Assembly: GCA_963737155.1 (NCBI GenBank) | Contig: CAVTRN010000002.1 | Location: forward strand, 1-64,000 | From: Nitrospirota bacterium | Lineage (GTDB): Bacteria; Nitrospirota; UBA9217 | Direction of reading: 5' to 3' | DNA length: 64,000 bases | Part shown: positions 61,688 to 64,000 of the stretch, piece by piece | Layout: every line of letters begins with the position of its first letter | How positions within the stretch are numbered: the stretch's first letter is position 1 | Translations under genes and position numbers: made by a program | The notes under the pieces: model-generated | What the model was told of the DNA's origin: nothing | What the model saw: only the letters and a program-made list of their open reading frames with translations | Database searches by the model: none

Positions 61688-61979
61688 TTGCAGGCAGAAT
61701 ATATTTGATAATTTATTATTTAACCCACCTGATGTGATTGGGCAGTTGTAAATGTTTGTGAGACCTGCAATATTGAAAACACAGGAATCTAAACGGGAAT
61801 TTAAACCAACACCGGTCCGCTTGACCCGCCTCCTGGCGCTTCGCGCCTAGCAGAGGGAATGCGCGGACCAGAGTGCAAAAAGTCGGGGAAGAACGCCAGC
61901 CGGCCCATGGTGTGACGGCTGCTTTTGGACCCAACCAGAGCAAGAAAGACCGTTTTTGTAGAGTTCCTCAAAAAAACTT

Positions 61980-62396
61980 ACCATCTGCAGTTTTCGCAAT
62001 TAATTCATCCGCCAGCATATGTTTCTCCCCCATGCAACGATTGGACAAGGCGTCTTTATTGGCGCCAATAGTGTAATTAGCCCAGGATGTATTCTCAAGG
62101 ACCACACATTCATCCACAGCGGAGTGACCGTAGGGCATGACACGATCCTTCACGACTACGTGCGTTTGAATCCCGGATGCAATATAGCCGGCCATATTGA
62201 AATATATGACAATGTGGAGATTGGCCCTGGCGCAAACGTAATAGAAGAACTCATTATTGGTAAAAGCGCTGTGGTTGCGGCCGGAGCAGTCGTTATCAGG
62301 GATGTAAAAGAAAAAACACTAGTTGCAGGTGTTCCAGCGATTGTAAAGAAAGTCTATGATAGACGAGCCAGTGAAATGCAAACATTAAAATTATAG
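61980..62396 (+). pseudogene. hexapeptide-repeat sugar acetyltransferase (NeuD/PglD-like), 5'-truncated
   Basis: IGQGVFIGANSVI...VGHDT...AGAVVIRDV...VAGVPA; LIHP lies upstream in another frame. Confidence 0.7.
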
Positions 62397-62471
62397 TCGC
62401 ATCAGGATAAAGTGTAGGAAACCCCACTATGTTGATATAGGCTGGTTTCGCACTGAAAGGGAGGTTCGGGC

Positions 62472-62651
62472 GTGAATATTCAGGAAGTCAGAAGCATAGC
62501 AAGAAAAATGGGGATTGACACAAGGAAAGTGACTGTGACAGACCTTGTCAGGGATATTTAAACAGCAGAAGGGAACAGACCTTGTTTTGCTACATCCTCT
62601 GTTCAGACATGTGGTCAAATGAATTGCATGTGGCGTTCAGATTGCAAGTAG
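62472..62651 (+). pseudogene. small SAP-like/Cys-rich protein with a premature TAA
   Basis: MNIQEVRSIARKMGI...LVRDI*TAEGNRPCFAT...CGQMNCMWRSDCK; TAA at 62559; GGAGG SD. Confidence 0.7.
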
Positions 62652-63030
62652 GATTTTAAAATCAGATTAATAAAAGTTGATACTTATTTCCTCCGTGAGA
62701 GAGCATCACCTGTTCTCTGCTATTACCCTAATTCAAATCCTATAGGAGCCTGTGCATAAATCACATGAAATATTTATACGAATATTATAGTATTGGCCAT
62801 CACGCGTATAAGGAGACGCTCGATGGCCTGCAATTTCAAAGACTGCAACCGAAAGAGACTTTATAAGGGCAGGAGATATCCTTTATATCCTTCACAGGCT
62901 TTACATGAATCATATTGTCATCAAAACGCTTTTCAATTTTAATTGAGGAGGGAAGTTTCTGCATTCACCTGTAGAAAGACAGGGGAAATTATAATCACAG
63001 TTGGTAGTCTTTTTTATCGCTTCATTCAAT

Positions 63031-63279
63031 TTAATCAAGAAACTTGCCACCACTTATTTTGTCAAATGGTTCATCGAACGCTCCTAAAGGGTATTCAAAT
63101 ATCGTCCGTGTATATGATATCTTTTTGCCGCAATTGCATTTAATTAGGTCTTCAGCGGTATGAATGGCTTCTGATCCCATTTCCCTGTCATTGTCGCTTT
63201 CAACTAAATCAAAAATGAGTTCAACGTTAATTCTATTCTTACATTTTTCACATTCTATAATCGCTGATGTTGGTGGCAT
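63031..63279 (-). CDS. small Zn-ribbon hypothetical protein
   Basis: CEKC...DREMGSE...CNCG...FEYPLG; AAGGA SD. Confidence 0.6.
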   Translation of the reverse strand: MPPTSAIIECEKCKNRINVELIFDLVESDNDREMGSEAIHTAEDLIKCNCGKKISYTRTIFEYPLGAFDEPFDKISGGKFLD

Positions 63280-64000
63280 TAGATTAAATTTCCTTTTGTT
63301 TTATTAGAATATCGGGAGCTTACAATAGTTCGATTACCCATGCAATTATAATCTTTGGGTTGGGATGTGATGTCGTCAGATTTACTGATAAATCGGTGCT
63401 CCCAGTGTTGAAGCAATGATATCCTCAACATCTTCATTGGTCAAGGCTAGTTCTTCATTCATTTCCCTAGCTCGGTCTTTTGCTCTGGTGTAGGTACATT
63501 GCCGGCGAGCCCAAAATGCTGCCCTCAGAACGGGAATAGCACTATGGGTAGCAGGAAAGCTCTTTCAATGGCAGTGAAACAAATTGACAATCGGAAGAGG
63601 CAGACGGCTTTAAGTTACTTGGTGGTGAATTTAAATTTTATCGGTAGGAACTCATTAGGACTGCCTGAACATTACAGATAAAAAAACGTACCTTGGGTTT
63701 AAAGTTACTCGAGGTGAATAGCATCTTCTTCCGCCTTAACAGAAGCATTAGGCTTCCCTCTTTGTAGCTGATGAGGGCTTGCACACTGCAATCTGGTTTA
63801 GGTGAATTAAATACAGTTAACCTCGACTTCAAAACCCAAGGTATTTCATGAAATGAATGGATGCTTTATCACATTCCTTATCAATATCGAACTTATTTGT
63901 GCTTATATTATTAATCTAGCACTTTAAATATAAAAGTCAAGGTGGGAGGAACCCCCTTTTCAGTTGCATAATCCTTATTGCTCCGTGTCTTGCCTAAGTC

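Overview
A 64-kb accessory (non-housekeeping) bacterial region with four zones. (1) 0.9-13.8 kb: co-oriented minus-strand single genes separated by degenerate repeats, a MarR-controlled module (QueG/RdhA-like Fe-S protein fused to SCP2, two paralogous membrane proteins, DUF302, an unannotated 42-aa Zn-finger miniprotein), an intact IS3 and IS/integrase relics. (2) 14.9-22.3 kb: a three-gene module of two ~800-aa tyrosine-recombinase proteins and a Cys-rich partner, with a divergent multi-HTH gene and a CATTTCACAC repeat cluster. (3) 22.5-49 kb: about eleven intact or decayed toxin-antitoxin-type pairs plus signalling and transport genes, divided by eight co-oriented copies of a tRNA-fMet fragment, most followed by an IHF-like site and a hairpin. 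This looks like an att-site-delimited cassette array and is the top novelty candidate. (4) 49.8-60.9 kb: an exported methionine-sulfoxide repair island with MsrAB, a membrane Mo-enzyme, a 32%-Met secreted protein, an OmpR-type two-component system with three copies of a candidate operator, and a selenocysteine MsrA (GUFWG plus SECIS-like hairpin) that the ORF track splits in two. All calls are by eye from motifs; no database searches were run.
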